Positions 11,578-23,741 of a DNA stretch of 36,205 nucleotides are shown here, in pieces; position 1 is the stretch's first letter; each line of letters begins with the position of its first letter. Made by a program: the position numbers and the translations under genes. The stretch lies in the NCBI RefSeq assembly GCF_001194135.2, contig NC_068982.1:181270899-181307103 (forward strand), read 5' to 3'. This DNA is from Octopus bimaculoides (Eukaryota). The notes beneath the pieces are model-generated. The model was not told the DNA's origin. It saw only the letters and a list, made by a program, of their open reading frames with translations, and made no database searches.

Positions 11578-13139
11578 ACTACCATTCTCTTTATAAATGT
11601 CCTATAAATTCCACACAGCTCATATATATATATATTTGTATATATGTTTACAAATTTCCTAATACTTTCACATTAGATGTCTTAATATACTATCGGAAGT
11701 AATCAAATAAAATAATGATTCTGTCATTGCCTTCTCTGCTCTAAGTACTAGAATTCACTTCTTGTGGTTTGTATAACTATTTCATCATAGTTGAGTACGT
11801 TAGTAAAAGTGTTGGGAAAGGAAATGTTCCACCAATATTTTTTTGTTTTCTCTATTGCTTTGTTTGGCGCGTTCGTGAATCTTTTTTGGAGAAGATAGCT
11901 AATACTTTGTCAGGGTAGAATATTTTTGAAAGGAAAATGTCAAAGTCACCTGAAGAAAACTTATCTTCATAAAACTGTCATCTCTGGTTATATATGTTGG
12001 CTTCTAGTATGGGAGTAGTACATTTACATCTGTACAACACAAATTAGTTATGTAGTATGAAAACAACATATAGCATTAAATATTGTATCTTTTCGTTAGT
12101 AGCTTTTATGAAATTATTTTGATTTCATTAAAAAAAAGTATTTGTTGTAAACCAATTTAGAGTGATGTAAAATAAGAATAGTCAAATGTTTGTGATGAAG
12201 TGTGAATATATAACAGCATTTAGGAAAATTTCTCACATTATAACCTGTCGTCACTAAACATAACAGAATATCGATTTTCAGCACCTGCTTTCTGTACTAA
12301 ATGGTGTTCTGGCTTGAGATGTAGATACCACGATTCACTTATTAATTATAATGATATCCAAAATGGGTAGCAGCGTGTAGGCGCAAATTGATTTCTTGTA
12401 GCACTAGATGCTTTAGTGCTGCGTTTGTACAGAAATCTTACGAGTTAATGCACCGAGGACACGTGATAATAATGCAGCAACGAATTACCTTATAATTCGT
12501 GTGGTCATGTATGAAAGAATGCATGAAAGGTGTTCTGAAACCATATTTGCAATGAAAGGGTATATGTGTCACATAATATTCATACATATCTTAACTTCAT
12601 ATTTAATATATTTGTATAGACTAAAGAGTGGAGGTTAGTATTAAGTAGCATACTTATATATTCTCTATTCAGTAACGCGTGCAGCATATTGTCTAATCAA
12701 AACTGAATAGTAGATGTTGATGTTCCGAATTAGATGTGTAAAAATGCTAGAATCGATCAATCAAAATTCTTAAGCACTCACATTTCTATATCATTTGTTT
12801 ACTGTAGAAAACATGCGGTCATTATTATTCAGATGGTGTGAACTGTCAGATGAGAAATACCTTCGAGTTAAAAGACACAAATCAATACAGCAATTGTCAA
12901 ATCACAATGGCAGAACAAAAACAGCGACAAGTTTTACTTAACACGTACTCTGCTTTACACATACTTGTACACAATTTTTAAAGTATAAGTAAACATTTGA
13001 GTTATATGAGTTTCCCTATATCATCAAACTATACGACATAACATTCTGATAACGCTGGACAACTAAGCATATACTTCTACATGCTATGAAATACAATGAT
13101 CAAATAAATCAATGATATTGATTTCAAATATTGTCTCAA

Positions 13140-13250
13140 GGCCAGCGACTTTGGGTGAAGAGGTAAATGGATTTCATTAGTGTTGAACTAGTTAGTACTT
13201 ATGTTATCGAACTCGATTTCAGTGGAATTTGAACTCAGTAGGTAAAATAA
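13140..13250 (-). mobile_element. Degenerate family A SINE fragment
   Basis: GCCAGCGACTTTGGG...GTTATCGA...GGAATTTGAACTCAG. Confidence 0.35.
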
Positions 13251-13387
13251 GTTCAAACAATTAGATAAAAGCCTTGAATCCAATAACAACGTCAAATCCA
13301 GCATGAACTATACTAATTCTAGCGTTAACTTTCTATGCGTTATATCTGTACATACGGGAGCATAAATATGGGAACAAACACACATAT

Positions 13388-14165
13388 ATGCGAATGTCTA
13401 CTGTTATATTCATTGGCTGACCAAGATACTCTTAAGGAATGTTTCCGAGGAGGTTTATTTTTCAACAAGTCTCCCTTGCACTTCAGACACTTCTATTGGT
13501 TTGACAAAAATATCATTAAGAACAAATCATTATTGCGGTACTAATTCTCATCCCAGAGTGTTTTCATTTTGGGGTATAGACTTTAGTTAGATGGGACCAG
13601 ATCAGAATAGAGTGGGTGATCAACCAGTTCATTGTCATGAGCTCGCACAACAACCATTGTAACCAAGGATTTGCATGCTGGTGGATTGCCCTGATGTAAC
13701 AAGATGACATTAGTCAGTTTTCTCATGTGTTTGGTCTTGATAGTCTTTTGTAACTGCCTTAGCAATATGGCATACTACTCCCCATCGATGTTGTGTCTCT
13801 TTTGAAGATATGCAATAAACAGAAGGCCTTTTGCATTCCATAAAACTAAAGACGTCACTTCACCTGCAGATGAAACGACTTTGGCTTTCTTTCGAATAAG
13901 TGAAGAGGTGCAATTTGCATGCATAGATTGTCCCTTTCTCTCTGTTTCTGCATGATGAAGCCAACACTTAAACGGCATTAGGAAACGTTCAAGTAAACCA
14001 ACTGGATCTTTTTTCAAATAATATCAAATTTTACCCTGACGTTATCAGCCAGGTGCACTTTTGAGGAGGTGTTAGAATTCGTGACAACCAACGAGCAGAG
14101 ACCTTTGCCATGCCGAGCTCATTGTGCAGAATATTTCACCTCTCACAACATATGGAGCTGTCATG
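13388..14165 (-). mobile_element. Mariner (DD34D-type, irritans/Himar-like) transposase pseudogene, 5'-truncated, with one terminal inverted repeat remnant
   Basis: NILHNELGMAKVSARWLSRILTP..KDPVGLLERFL..CWLHH..KKAKVVSSAGEV..LWNAKG..YLQK..IDGE*YAILLRQL..HQGNPPA..ELVDHPLYSDLVPSN. The second and third catalytic Asp positions read G and N. TIR-like CGAATGTCTACTGTTATATTCATTGGCTGACC at ~13391-13422. Confidence 0.9.
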
Positions 14166-14253
14166 CGTACGCCAAGCTTTTCTTTCTAAAAATCTATGTA
14201 AGTATATATGTATATGTATACACACATATATGCACACACACACAGGAGTAACT

Positions 14254-14620
14254 CTGTGCTACGTAGCTTGATTATCAATCACATGATTCCGGATTCATTC
14301 CCAATGCGTGGCACCTTGGTCAAGTGTCGGGCCGACCAAAGCTTTATGAGTGGATATGGTAGACGGAAACTGAAAGAAGCCTGTCGTATATATGTATATA
14401 CATATACGTCTGTGTATACGTTTGTGTGTATGTGTGTGTCCCCCAAAACCGCTTGACAACCGATGGTGGTGTGTTTACGTCCCCGTAACCTAGTGGTTCG
14501 GCAAAAGTGACTGATAGCATAAGTACTAGACGTCCCCAAAATAAGTCCTGGGGTCGATTTGCTCGACTAAAGGCGGTTCTCCAGCATGGCCGCAGTCTAA
14601 TGACTGAAACAAGAGTAAAC
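14254..14620 (+). mobile_element. tRNA-derived SINE, family B, near full length with internal microsatellite
   Basis: B-box-like GGATTCATTCCC, then GCGTGGCACCTTGGTCAAGTGTC, GGTAGACGGAAACTGAAAGAAGCC, internal (TA/CA/TG)n, and 3' CCAGCATGGCCGCAGTCTAATGACTGAAACAAG. Related copies at 28105, 28786 and 30815. Confidence 0.8.
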
Positions 14621-15331
14621 GATTAAAAGAGATATGTATATATATATATATATATATANNNNNNNNNNNNNNNNNNNNNNNNNNNNNNNNNNNNNNNNNN
14701 NNNNNNNNNNNNNNNNNNNNNNNNNNNNNNNNNNNNNNNNNNNNNNNNNNNNNNNNNNNNNNNNNNNNNNNNNNNNNNNNNNNNNNNNNNNNNNNNNNNN
14801 NNNNNNNNNNNNNNNNNNNNNNNNNNNNNNNNNNNNNNNNNNNNNNNNNNNNNNNNNNNNNNNNNNNNNNNNNNNNNNNNNNNNNNNNNNNNNNNNNNNN
14901 NNNNNNNNNNNNNNNNNNNNNNNNNNNNNNNNNNNNNNNNNNNNNNNNNNNNNNNNNNNNNNNNNNNNNNNNNNNNNNNNNNNNNNNNNNNNNNNNNNNN
15001 NNNNNNNNNNNNNNNNNNNNNNNNNNNNNNNNNNNNNNNNNNNNNNNNNNNNNNNNNNNNNNNNNNNNNNNNNNNNNNNNNNNNNNNNNNNNNNNNNNNN
15101 NNNNNNNNNNNNNNNNNNNNNNNNNNNNNNNNNNNNNNNNNNNNNNNNNNNNNNNNNNNNNNNNNNNNNNNNNNNNNNNNNNNNNNNNNNNNNNNNNNNN
15201 NNNNNNNNNNNNNNNNNNNNNNNNNNNNNNNNNNNNNNNNNNNNNNNNNNNNNNNNNNNNNNNNNNNNNNNNNNNNNNNNNNNNNNNNNNNNNNNNNNNN
15301 NNNNNNNNNNNNNNNNNNNNNNNNNNNNNNN

Positions 15332-15381
<50 letters not shown>

Positions 15382-15789
15382 CACACACAAGCACAAACAC
15401 ACACACACACATATATATGTGTGTGTGTGTGTTTGAATATATATATATTTATAGATATATGTATATGTATATATATATGTATAAATATATAATTTAGAGA
15501 AAAGAACCACATTTCTTGAACTTATCCAAGAAAATCCACAGTCACATATAGAAAAATGTTATTAGTATATACACTAAAAAGATCTATGATAAAAATACAA
15601 AGTAATGAATATTAAAATAACAAAACGACTACACGTGCTTCATAACCACATTTACAAATAGAAAATAAAGTAAAAATCAAATCGATTCAAAATAAATATC
15701 TTATATATTGCGAAACTTAATTTCATTTTAATTTTGATAAATTCAATTAAATTGAAATTGTACCTGTAAATTTGAATGTATACCCCTAT

Positions 15790-15950
<161 letters not shown>

Positions 15951-16471
15951 TCTGTGATTAAAATTCACAATAACATAGACAAACAAATATATTGAAAACT
16001 TGCTAATTCGACTAAGACAACATTACAGTTAATCGTTCCATAGTATCTATGTACAAATTTTATGTACCAAAATTCCGGTCCCACTTCAAATGTCGTTTTT
16101 ATATATTCTAATAAACCACAGAGAAGAAAATAAAACAGGAGGTTTAAAATTTTAACATAAAACTAGGAATCACATAGTTTACATGTGTTTCAGTAGCGCA
16201 TACTTGACCGTCAAGCGGTAACCGTTGCATAGATTATTAAAGTAAAATGTTTCTTCTGATTATCTAGCGTTCTATGGAATGGTGCAATCGTCTATGGAAT
16301 AATTACTGCATGGCTTTCCCGTATACGGTAGTCAAATACGTGTAAGCATAATACAATTTATTATCTTCTCATGAAACTTTTAACCGAAACTCCTTTTTAT
16401 TCCTGTTACTAAATTATACATGTAACGCTTGCCCAATGTATTGCGTGTGAGTTTCCTTTGTTTACGTACTC

Positions 16472-16508
<37 letters not shown>

Positions 16509-16535
16509 CAGACACACACACACACNNNNNNNNNN

Positions 16536-16591
<56 letters not shown>

Positions 16592-16912
16592 CACACACAA
16601 ATAATCAGAATATGGAGAATATATCAGATAAATAAACACATCGATTAGACCATATTTATATCTTATTTTTAATAAAAAACATGACATATCAAATAGGTGG
16701 CGTAACAAATCTTACGGCCGGTTCCGCATCTGTGGCCAAATGCTGTCTATTGATAATTGCGAAAATAAAAATGTTCATCTTGATAGGACATTCGAATTAC
16801 GGTACGGAGGTTCATCAGAGAAAAATACAAGAGCATCCAATATAAACAACGGCAGGAAGAAATAAGGAAACATGGCCCAGAAAAGAAGTCTAGAAACCCA
16901 ATATATATATAC

Positions 16913-16993
<81 letters not shown>

Positions 16994-19397
16994 CTTGTAT
17001 ATACTGACCATGAATACGTAACCGGGAATCATATGAAGGCTAGGAAAGATGTTCTACTCTTAGAATATTTATAAAAATACCGATTAACTCACGCAGTACT
17101 TTTAGACTTATATTTAGAGTGTAAATACGCTTAACTATATTATTTTTAACTTGGCTATAATACAAGTGTTTAATTCTAAAAATAATGCTGTATGGAATTG
17201 GTAGATTGATCGAATGTACTCAACACAGATATCTATTTTCATTCATTTTTCCCGCTTTGCCTTATTTAGTTGGTTTTTCCATGATATAAGATGAAATCAA
17301 TCTGCGGTCATTGTGGTTTCATTCTTTTCCAGTCAAGCAAGTATCTGCTGGCGTTGTTTTAATCGATTTGCTTTCTTCCAATATGCAACGCCTAGGGCTC
17401 CCATTAGCAAAATGCAATGTTCGAGAAGAGCTGCAAATTTATTGATTGTGCACACATAGGGATGGAGATAGCTTTTCCTTTATTCGAAACTTATAAAACA
17501 ACCTTAAATGAAACTTCAAATGCGGTAGTTGGAAGAGTTCTCTACAAAAGAGAAAAATAAAACGTTTAATACACAATAAAAGAAAGAAACTTTTCAATAA
17601 TAACTTCTGTAATACCCTCACAACAACATTACAGTTCCTTTTTCAGGCATCCAATTAAGTGGCCCAAAATAATGTGATTGATTTGATTATTTGCATTTCA
17701 CCACTTATATGCGGCCTTGCAGAAATTTAAAACTCATTATATTTTATTTAAATTTGCCTATTGTTTGCGTCTTCTATCTTTTATTTCATTACACATAACC
17801 GAAACGTTTGGAAGTTCATTAACAATTCATAAGACATTATTACAAGACATTCTAAAGAAACACAATCGAATTAATATACAATCGATGTAAAAATGTTACA
17901 CTTATTTCGTTCATTCACTTTTTCTAAAACTGTTTGAGAGCATCGATATTTGTTAATTTGAGAGGAATTGAATATTGTTATTTAGACAACACTTGTCATG
18001 AATTTTAAAGAATTGTAGGAGGATTTTTGTTGCAAATTATTACAACCGAATTAAATTAGTTAGGCATAAAGAAATTCCTTTAGTCTTTATGTTGATTATT
18101 TTTAGTATGAATGTTGTTATTTCGATTTGTGTCACGAAATCGTACTTATACATATAAAATTATACATAAGATTATACATAAAACTATACATATAAAATCT
18201 TACCTCTTCAGTAATTTCTTTCACAAAAGTTAATTACCACCATCTCTAATATTAATATTCAAATTTTATTTTTATAATAATTTTCATTTGAATTCTTTGT
18301 TTCAAGATTTGCTTAATTGAAACTGACGAGAATGTAATTGTTGCATTATACGTATATAATGACATGAATTCCTACATCTTAGAAATATTCCTCTATAATT
18401 TATTCAATATTTTAATTGAAATAATAGTATCGTTGTTGTAGTGGCGAACTATCATTTAATCAACAAATATAATGCATATATAGTGAAAGCAAATTTTTAA
18501 GAGGCTCCTTTATTTAATTATTTAATGAGAGTTATCGAAGAATTCCTTGAACAACGATTTGAAATTCATGATCATTGACTATAATTAATAAACATATATC
18601 ATATCGCACTATCGACATTCTAAAATTTACATGGCATATTAAGATATTTCAAAAAATAATTTAGCGAGAACTTCTTTTTTTCAAATATGAAAACAAGATT
18701 CATGCCTGAAAATATGCAGAGTTTTGTGGAGAAATTATTTCTTTTACAAAGTCAAATTTTCTTGCATGAAACCTAAAAATTATAGGAGGAATGAAAACCT
18801 CGAATTTGTGATATCTATCGACGAGTTTACTGAAAATTTGGCTTAAACATTCAATATGAAGTACGATATTTTAAATAAATATTAGTTGCAATATTTTGAA
18901 AAATTAATGAAAATTTAAGAAAAAAAAATGCAGAAATCAATAACCATTTCAAAAATTGCTGATTGTCTTCTTAAAGTTAAATGCCTAATAGGGGAACGCA
19001 CACTAATGATATGGGATTCACAGTTCGTTCTAAATATCGAGATATTTTGTGTTCTATACAAGCGAAATATGTTCCATATTTTCAAGGTATCACAGATATG
19101 AAGAATAACTGTTATGATAATTTGTAAATTATTGGTTGCAAACATAATGTAGGATACAATTTTCAGAAGAATAATTTCGAAAATGTATTTCGTTCGGCAA
19201 TTTGTAAGTTAAGCTATTATGATGAAATTAATGCTGCCTGTATAACGGAATTGCAGCTGATTATTAAAGAGGTGTGATACATCTATTTTTATTCCACGTT
19301 ATAAAAAATATGTATTTCTCGCATAGCCATAAATTTGTAATATAGCGGTTAAATTTAATGAAACAATCCTATCATATAATGGTTTATAACCAATTAC

Positions 19398-19537
19398 CTC
19401 AGTGAATATGAACGTTGGATGCAGACCCACAGCGACCGGACTCAGATTTAAATCGAAGGAATATACACCTATTCCGCTAGGAATACACACTGGTATCTTA
19501 CAATAGAAACAATGTTTGTATTTGAAATTAGAGGAAA
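19398..19537 (-). CDS. Candidate internal coding exon (140 nt) of an unidentified host gene
   Basis: Acceptor TATTTTATTGCAG| and donor GAG|GTAATT. Only one frame is open (phase 1 to 0): SSNFKYKHCFYCKIPVCIPSGIGVYSFDLNLSPVAVGLHPTFIFTE. No family recognised. Confidence 0.3.
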
Positions 19538-19934
19538 CTGCAATAAAATATATTAATGTGTTCATATTAATATATTTTATCGCCAAACGTAATATACTCT
19601 CCTTATTTCCCAAGTTCACAACCAGATTTTAGGATAATAGGAATAGTAGTATATTACATATTATATATGTGCATTTGACATTGGAGAATATACTAAATGC
19701 CAAATAGTTTTAAAATGTGGAACTGTTGCTGTTTTATCCGTTTGAGGTAATGTTATACGCAACCAGAACTATAGTTACTGATTTATGATAATTTATGTGT
19801 TATAATGACTAAACATTATCACCACACATAAATACAGGATTTTAAATGAAAAAGATGTTTTATTTCCTAGGGTCAGGTCTGAGAAAAAATATATATCATA
19901 TGTTGATATCAAGAAATATGTCTGAATATCATAC

Positions 19935-20030
19935 GAAAAGTATTTATAAGTCATAAGAAAAGTATTTATAAGTCATATTTATAGTATCATAAGAAAAGTA
20001 TATGAGTCAAGAAAAGAATTTATAAGTTAA
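19935..20030. repeat. Degenerate ~22-bp tandem repeat (AGAAAAGTATTTATAAGTCATA-like), about 4 copies
   Basis: Repeated GAAAAGTATTTATAAGTCATA units visible. Confidence 0.7.
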
Positions 20031-20564
20031 ATTGATGCAGAGCCTTTTTTCTATGGCATGATAATCATTGAATTTATTATTAGAAACTGTTTAAAAGTGT
20101 AAAAAACATTTTGTTGCGGAATATTTGGTGAACGATACAACTTCTGCTGATATCTTTTATTTTACATCCAGTGACATATTTCAGTGATTCCGATGTAAAC
20201 TAGCATGAAGATCTAAAATTAGACGTAGCAAATGACATATACAAAGTATGTAATGAAATGTAGGCTTAACGCTATCATCAAACTGAAAATCTTCCATTTA
20301 GAACATTAATTTCATTATAATAAATATAGTTAAAAGTCGGTTCTGTATGAGCATCAGAACAAGAAGGAAATGCAACTTGGAACAGAAAGAAAGTGGAACG
20401 ACAATTTTCGATAACATAAATGTCTTGAGCATATTCCAAGAGTACAAAATCTAGGTTTGTCTTGTCCCACTAAATTATCTGCAATTCATTTTGCGAATAT
20501 TTGCTTTGTTACGAAACGTGGCTTACAATGGTAAGGGGCTCCAATTAGTCACAATTCCTTTGTG

Positions 20565-21130
20565 GAGGGGAGGAGGGGAGGGAGGGGAGGAGGGAAGGGA
20601 GGGGAAGACAATGAAGGATGGGAAGAGAATGAGGGAGGGAGGGAAGGGGAGTGGAGGAAGTGGAAGGATATGAGGGNNNNNNNNNNNNNNNNNNNNNNNN
20701 NNNNNNNNNNNNNNNNNNNNNNNNNNNNNNNNNNNNNNNNNNNNNNNNNNNNNNNNNNNNNNNNNNNNNNNNNNNNNNNNNNNNNNNNNNNNNNNNNNNN
20801 NNNNNNNNNNNNNNNNNNNNNNNNNNNNNNNNNNNNNNNNNNNGAGGAGCAGAGGAGGAGGAGCAGAGGAGGGGGAGCAGAGGAGGAGGAGGTGCAGCAG
20901 ATGACGAGGAGGAGGAGGAGCAGATGAGGAGGAGCAGATGAGGAGGAGCAGATGAGGAGGAGCAGATGAGGAGGAGGAGGAGGAGCAGAGGAGGAGGAGG
21001 AGCAGAGGTGGAGGAGGAGCAGAGGAGGAGGAGGAGCAGAGGAGTAGGAGGAGACATGAAGTACGAACACATGAAGTACGAACATGAACAAGTACGAACA
21101 TGAAGTACTAGCACATGAAGTACGAACACT
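20565..21130. repeat. Polypurine GGA/GAGGAGCAGA low-complexity tract (spanning a gap), then a ~15-bp minisatellite ACATGAAGTACGAAC (21054-21127)
   Basis: Directly visible; explains the E/R-rich and S/P/L-rich ORFs. Confidence 0.85.
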
Positions 21131-21520
21131 CTATAAACCAGATCACTATAATGTATGATTTTGTACTTCTTTGGACTTGAAGATAATAATGTCATTAACA
21201 TTAGGTCTAACATCTCTTGGATCATTTGCAAAAGCATAACTCTGGGAAGTGTGCCTTTATCACATGACATTTCGGATGCATTTTCCATCTAAAGGGAAGA
21301 ACATAACAATGAATTAACTTAGGGAAAGAAGACAGTAAAATAATTTATCTCCTCAGAAAAGGTTAAAATTATAAATTTTGTCACAAATTTATAAAGACAA
21401 ATTTACGCGAAAAGAGCAACTAGCCAAAACTAAGCTACTACATCCCATTTTCTGAGAATGCTGCACTTATGACACTATATAATGCATTCCATAAAAATGG
21501 CATCTCTGGAATAAATAGTG

Positions 21521-21720
21521 GGTTCAAATTTTCGCACGAAGCCAGCAATTTCGAGGTGTTCAGGTGAATACATCGATCCCAGTGTACTTGTTATCTCGAC
21601 TCCAGTGGGATGAGATGTGAAGCCGTCTTCAGCGGAATTTGAACTCAGAACGTTACGACAGATGAAATGCTACTAAGCATTTAAACCGGCGTTCTAACAA
21701 TTCTTTAAGCTCGCCGCCTT
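21521..21720 (-). mobile_element. tRNA-derived SINE, family A
   Basis: Minus strand begins AGGCGGCGAGCTT..TTGTTAGAACGCCGG..AAATGCTTAG..TTCTGAGTTCAAATTCCGC (A/B-box-like head). Confidence 0.75.
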
Positions 21721-22799
21721 GGCTCTGGAATCAATATTAGTAGTAACCTTGTTGAATATATTCATATCAACTCATTTCAGCAATGTTGCTGAAAGAAATG
21801 TAAATATCACACCTCTAATGCTGTTGTGTAAGACGAAAAAATAAATAATTTTCAAATATGTGTCAGTAATCCTCCAGGGTAAGATTTTCTCCTAAAATCT
21901 GAGATCAGAACTCGAAATTTCACAACTCTGGTACATTCATGTTTTTATCACTAATTATACATGCACTTGTGTATAGTATTACAATTTAAATGTTCTTAAA
22001 TCTGCTTTTGGTTTTCAGGCAGTATTTTATAAGGTAGCTCTGATATTACCAATACAATGTGAAAGTGGTACTTTGCAATATACAAGACTTTTCTAATCAG
22101 CTATATGTTGCATATATATGTTTTTTTCTATCCAAATACCAGTGAGTGATCTTCATTTCTTTCTCATAAAACAACCTCCTTCAAGGAAGAATTCAAAAGA
22201 TTAATAAAGGAACATTCATATTCGCATGCACAGATACAATTGTGTGCGTCTGTGTTTCGGCTTTCGCGGTCGTCTGCATGCATATCCTTCGGATATGTTT
22301 GCATGTGATGCTAATAACGACTTGGATGAATTTGAATGTTGCTGTAATGATAAGAATTCGTAAACTGCAATGATAAGCAGGTTTATTAAATTTTTGATGC
22401 CACTCTATACCACCTTTACCTTGAAATTTCTGTCTTAGTATTCAATATGTTTACATAATGTTTAACCGGGAGCCTATTTTCTACGGAATATAATATCCCC
22501 GAAATATTTCAATCAAATAAAATATCCTGCGAAGAAAGTATATTCAACTTATGTATGGATATTAACAAAATATTTTGGGTATATCCTCAGAGAAAATAAC
22601 GCATCGAAGTATTTCGTATCTATATCATGAAAACCAATGTAATTATAAGAATCAATTTATAACTATATGAGATACGTTCAAGGGGAAGAGCTACGTTTCA
22701 ATACACCTTACGGTATTTCAAGTAAATGATAGTGTAAACGGAAACTTGATAAATATGTAACTCATTCAGCCGGGCATTGCCCAATAGAACACAACTGTG

Positions 22800-22930
22800 C
22801 ACATATACATGCATACATACATACATACATACATACATACATACATACCTGCATGCATGCAAACATACATATATACATATATACATACATGCATGCATAC
22901 ATAAATAAATACATATGTATATGTATAAGC
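22800..22930. repeat. (TACA)n / (TA)n microsatellite
   Basis: Directly visible. Confidence 0.9.
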
Positions 22931-23457
22931 AAACGCACACACGTCACTTACATATAGACACATATAAACACATGCACAAAGAATCGTATAATTTTGCGCA
23001 CGACGACATAGCTCTCACTTACACTCACGCTCAAATTCGCAACTCGATGATTTATTGACAATAAAATTGGAAGAAGAGTTACACACTTGTGTATAGAGAC
23101 TGAAATATACTTACAGCTGAGTGTATAGGACTCTGTCTTTACCATGGCAGGAGTTCTTTAATTTATATAAGTAATGTTTAGCCCGTAGCGTTGATATCCC
23201 TATCTCGACAGATGATTTTCAAGCTTATAATCAACTAGGGAAATACATTTTAAGAATGTATTAGGGATAACATACAGCTACATCACAGACAACACTGAAC
23301 TTTCCTTATGAATGAAGAATACCCATAGACAATAATTTCTGTATAAGCTTCGAATGTACCGGATGTAAATACACACACGCACGTATATAAATATACATAC
23401 ATACGTAAAAACTTAATGGCCACCACACACACATACACACAGAAGCGCACAAACAAC

Positions 23458-23495
<38 letters not shown>

Positions 23496-23663
23496 TAAAT
23501 TCAAATTACGACAAACGTAAACAAACAAACGAAGTTTGCTTTTAGAAGAGTTGAGATGTCTTAGAAAGTTCAAGAAGTGATTTTAGATTCTCAATCGCAG
23601 AATAATGTTTATAATATAGCCTGAACAAGTTAAACTACCCCTATTTCGCAGAAAAAATTGTAG

Positions 23664-23741
23664 GTGGTTAGCTGTGGATCTCGAACTCAGATCTCCGTGA
23701 TTACGCGTCACGATGCTCTGACCGATTGAGCTAAACTCCCC
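23664..23741 (-). pseudogene. tRNA-like sequence (pseudo-tRNA or SINE head, Thr(CGT)-like loop)
   Basis: GGGGAGTTTAGCTCAATCGGTCAGAGCATCGTGACGCGTAATCACGGAGATCTGAGTTCGAGATCC. A box, D stem GCTC/GAGC, anticodon stem TCGTGA/TCACGG around CG-CGT-AA, B-box-like GAGTTCGAGATC and a T6 run downstream (23652-23657). The acceptor stem does not pair well. Confidence 0.55.

Larger units (their letters stand above)
8345..11619 (-). mobile_element. Penelope-like retroelement: inverted 5' pLTR (~10875-11619), deleted RT/GIY-YIG ORF (~9838-10880), microsatellite (9440-9720), direct 3' pLTR region (~8345-9430)
   Basis: ~8627-9350 is the reverse complement of ~10875-11619 (8 mismatches in the 82-nt block 9007-9088 vs 11145-11226; other parts are more diverged). 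A PLE-type RT and a GIY-YIG remnant lie between the arms, and hammerhead-like motifs sit in the repeats. Confidence 0.85.

Noticed and set aside
12395-12500. Short hairpins GCACTA..TAGTGC and CGAATTA..TAATTCG
   Set aside because: 6-7-bp stems are expected by chance in AT-rich DNA; no snoRNA or miRNA hallmarks.
14526-15512. Long ORFs in the ORF track (also 4531-4934, 7846-8346, 23769-24528, 28070-28425)
   Set aside because: They are open only because they run through N gaps and TA/CA repeats.
19130-19272. Plus-strand candidate exon KNNFENVFRSAICKLSYYDEINAACITELQLIIKE
   Set aside because: Short, weak donor, no partner exons, and opposite to the better minus-strand candidate. Not excluded, but unsupported.
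20491-21101. E/R-rich and S/P/L-rich ORFs on both strands
   Set aside because: Translations of a GGA/GAGCA low-complexity tract spanning a gap; no splice or homology support.
21054-21127. CRISPR-like appearance of short repeats (also 25250-25324)
   Set aside because: Direct tandem units without unique spacers, in a eukaryotic context with no cas genes.
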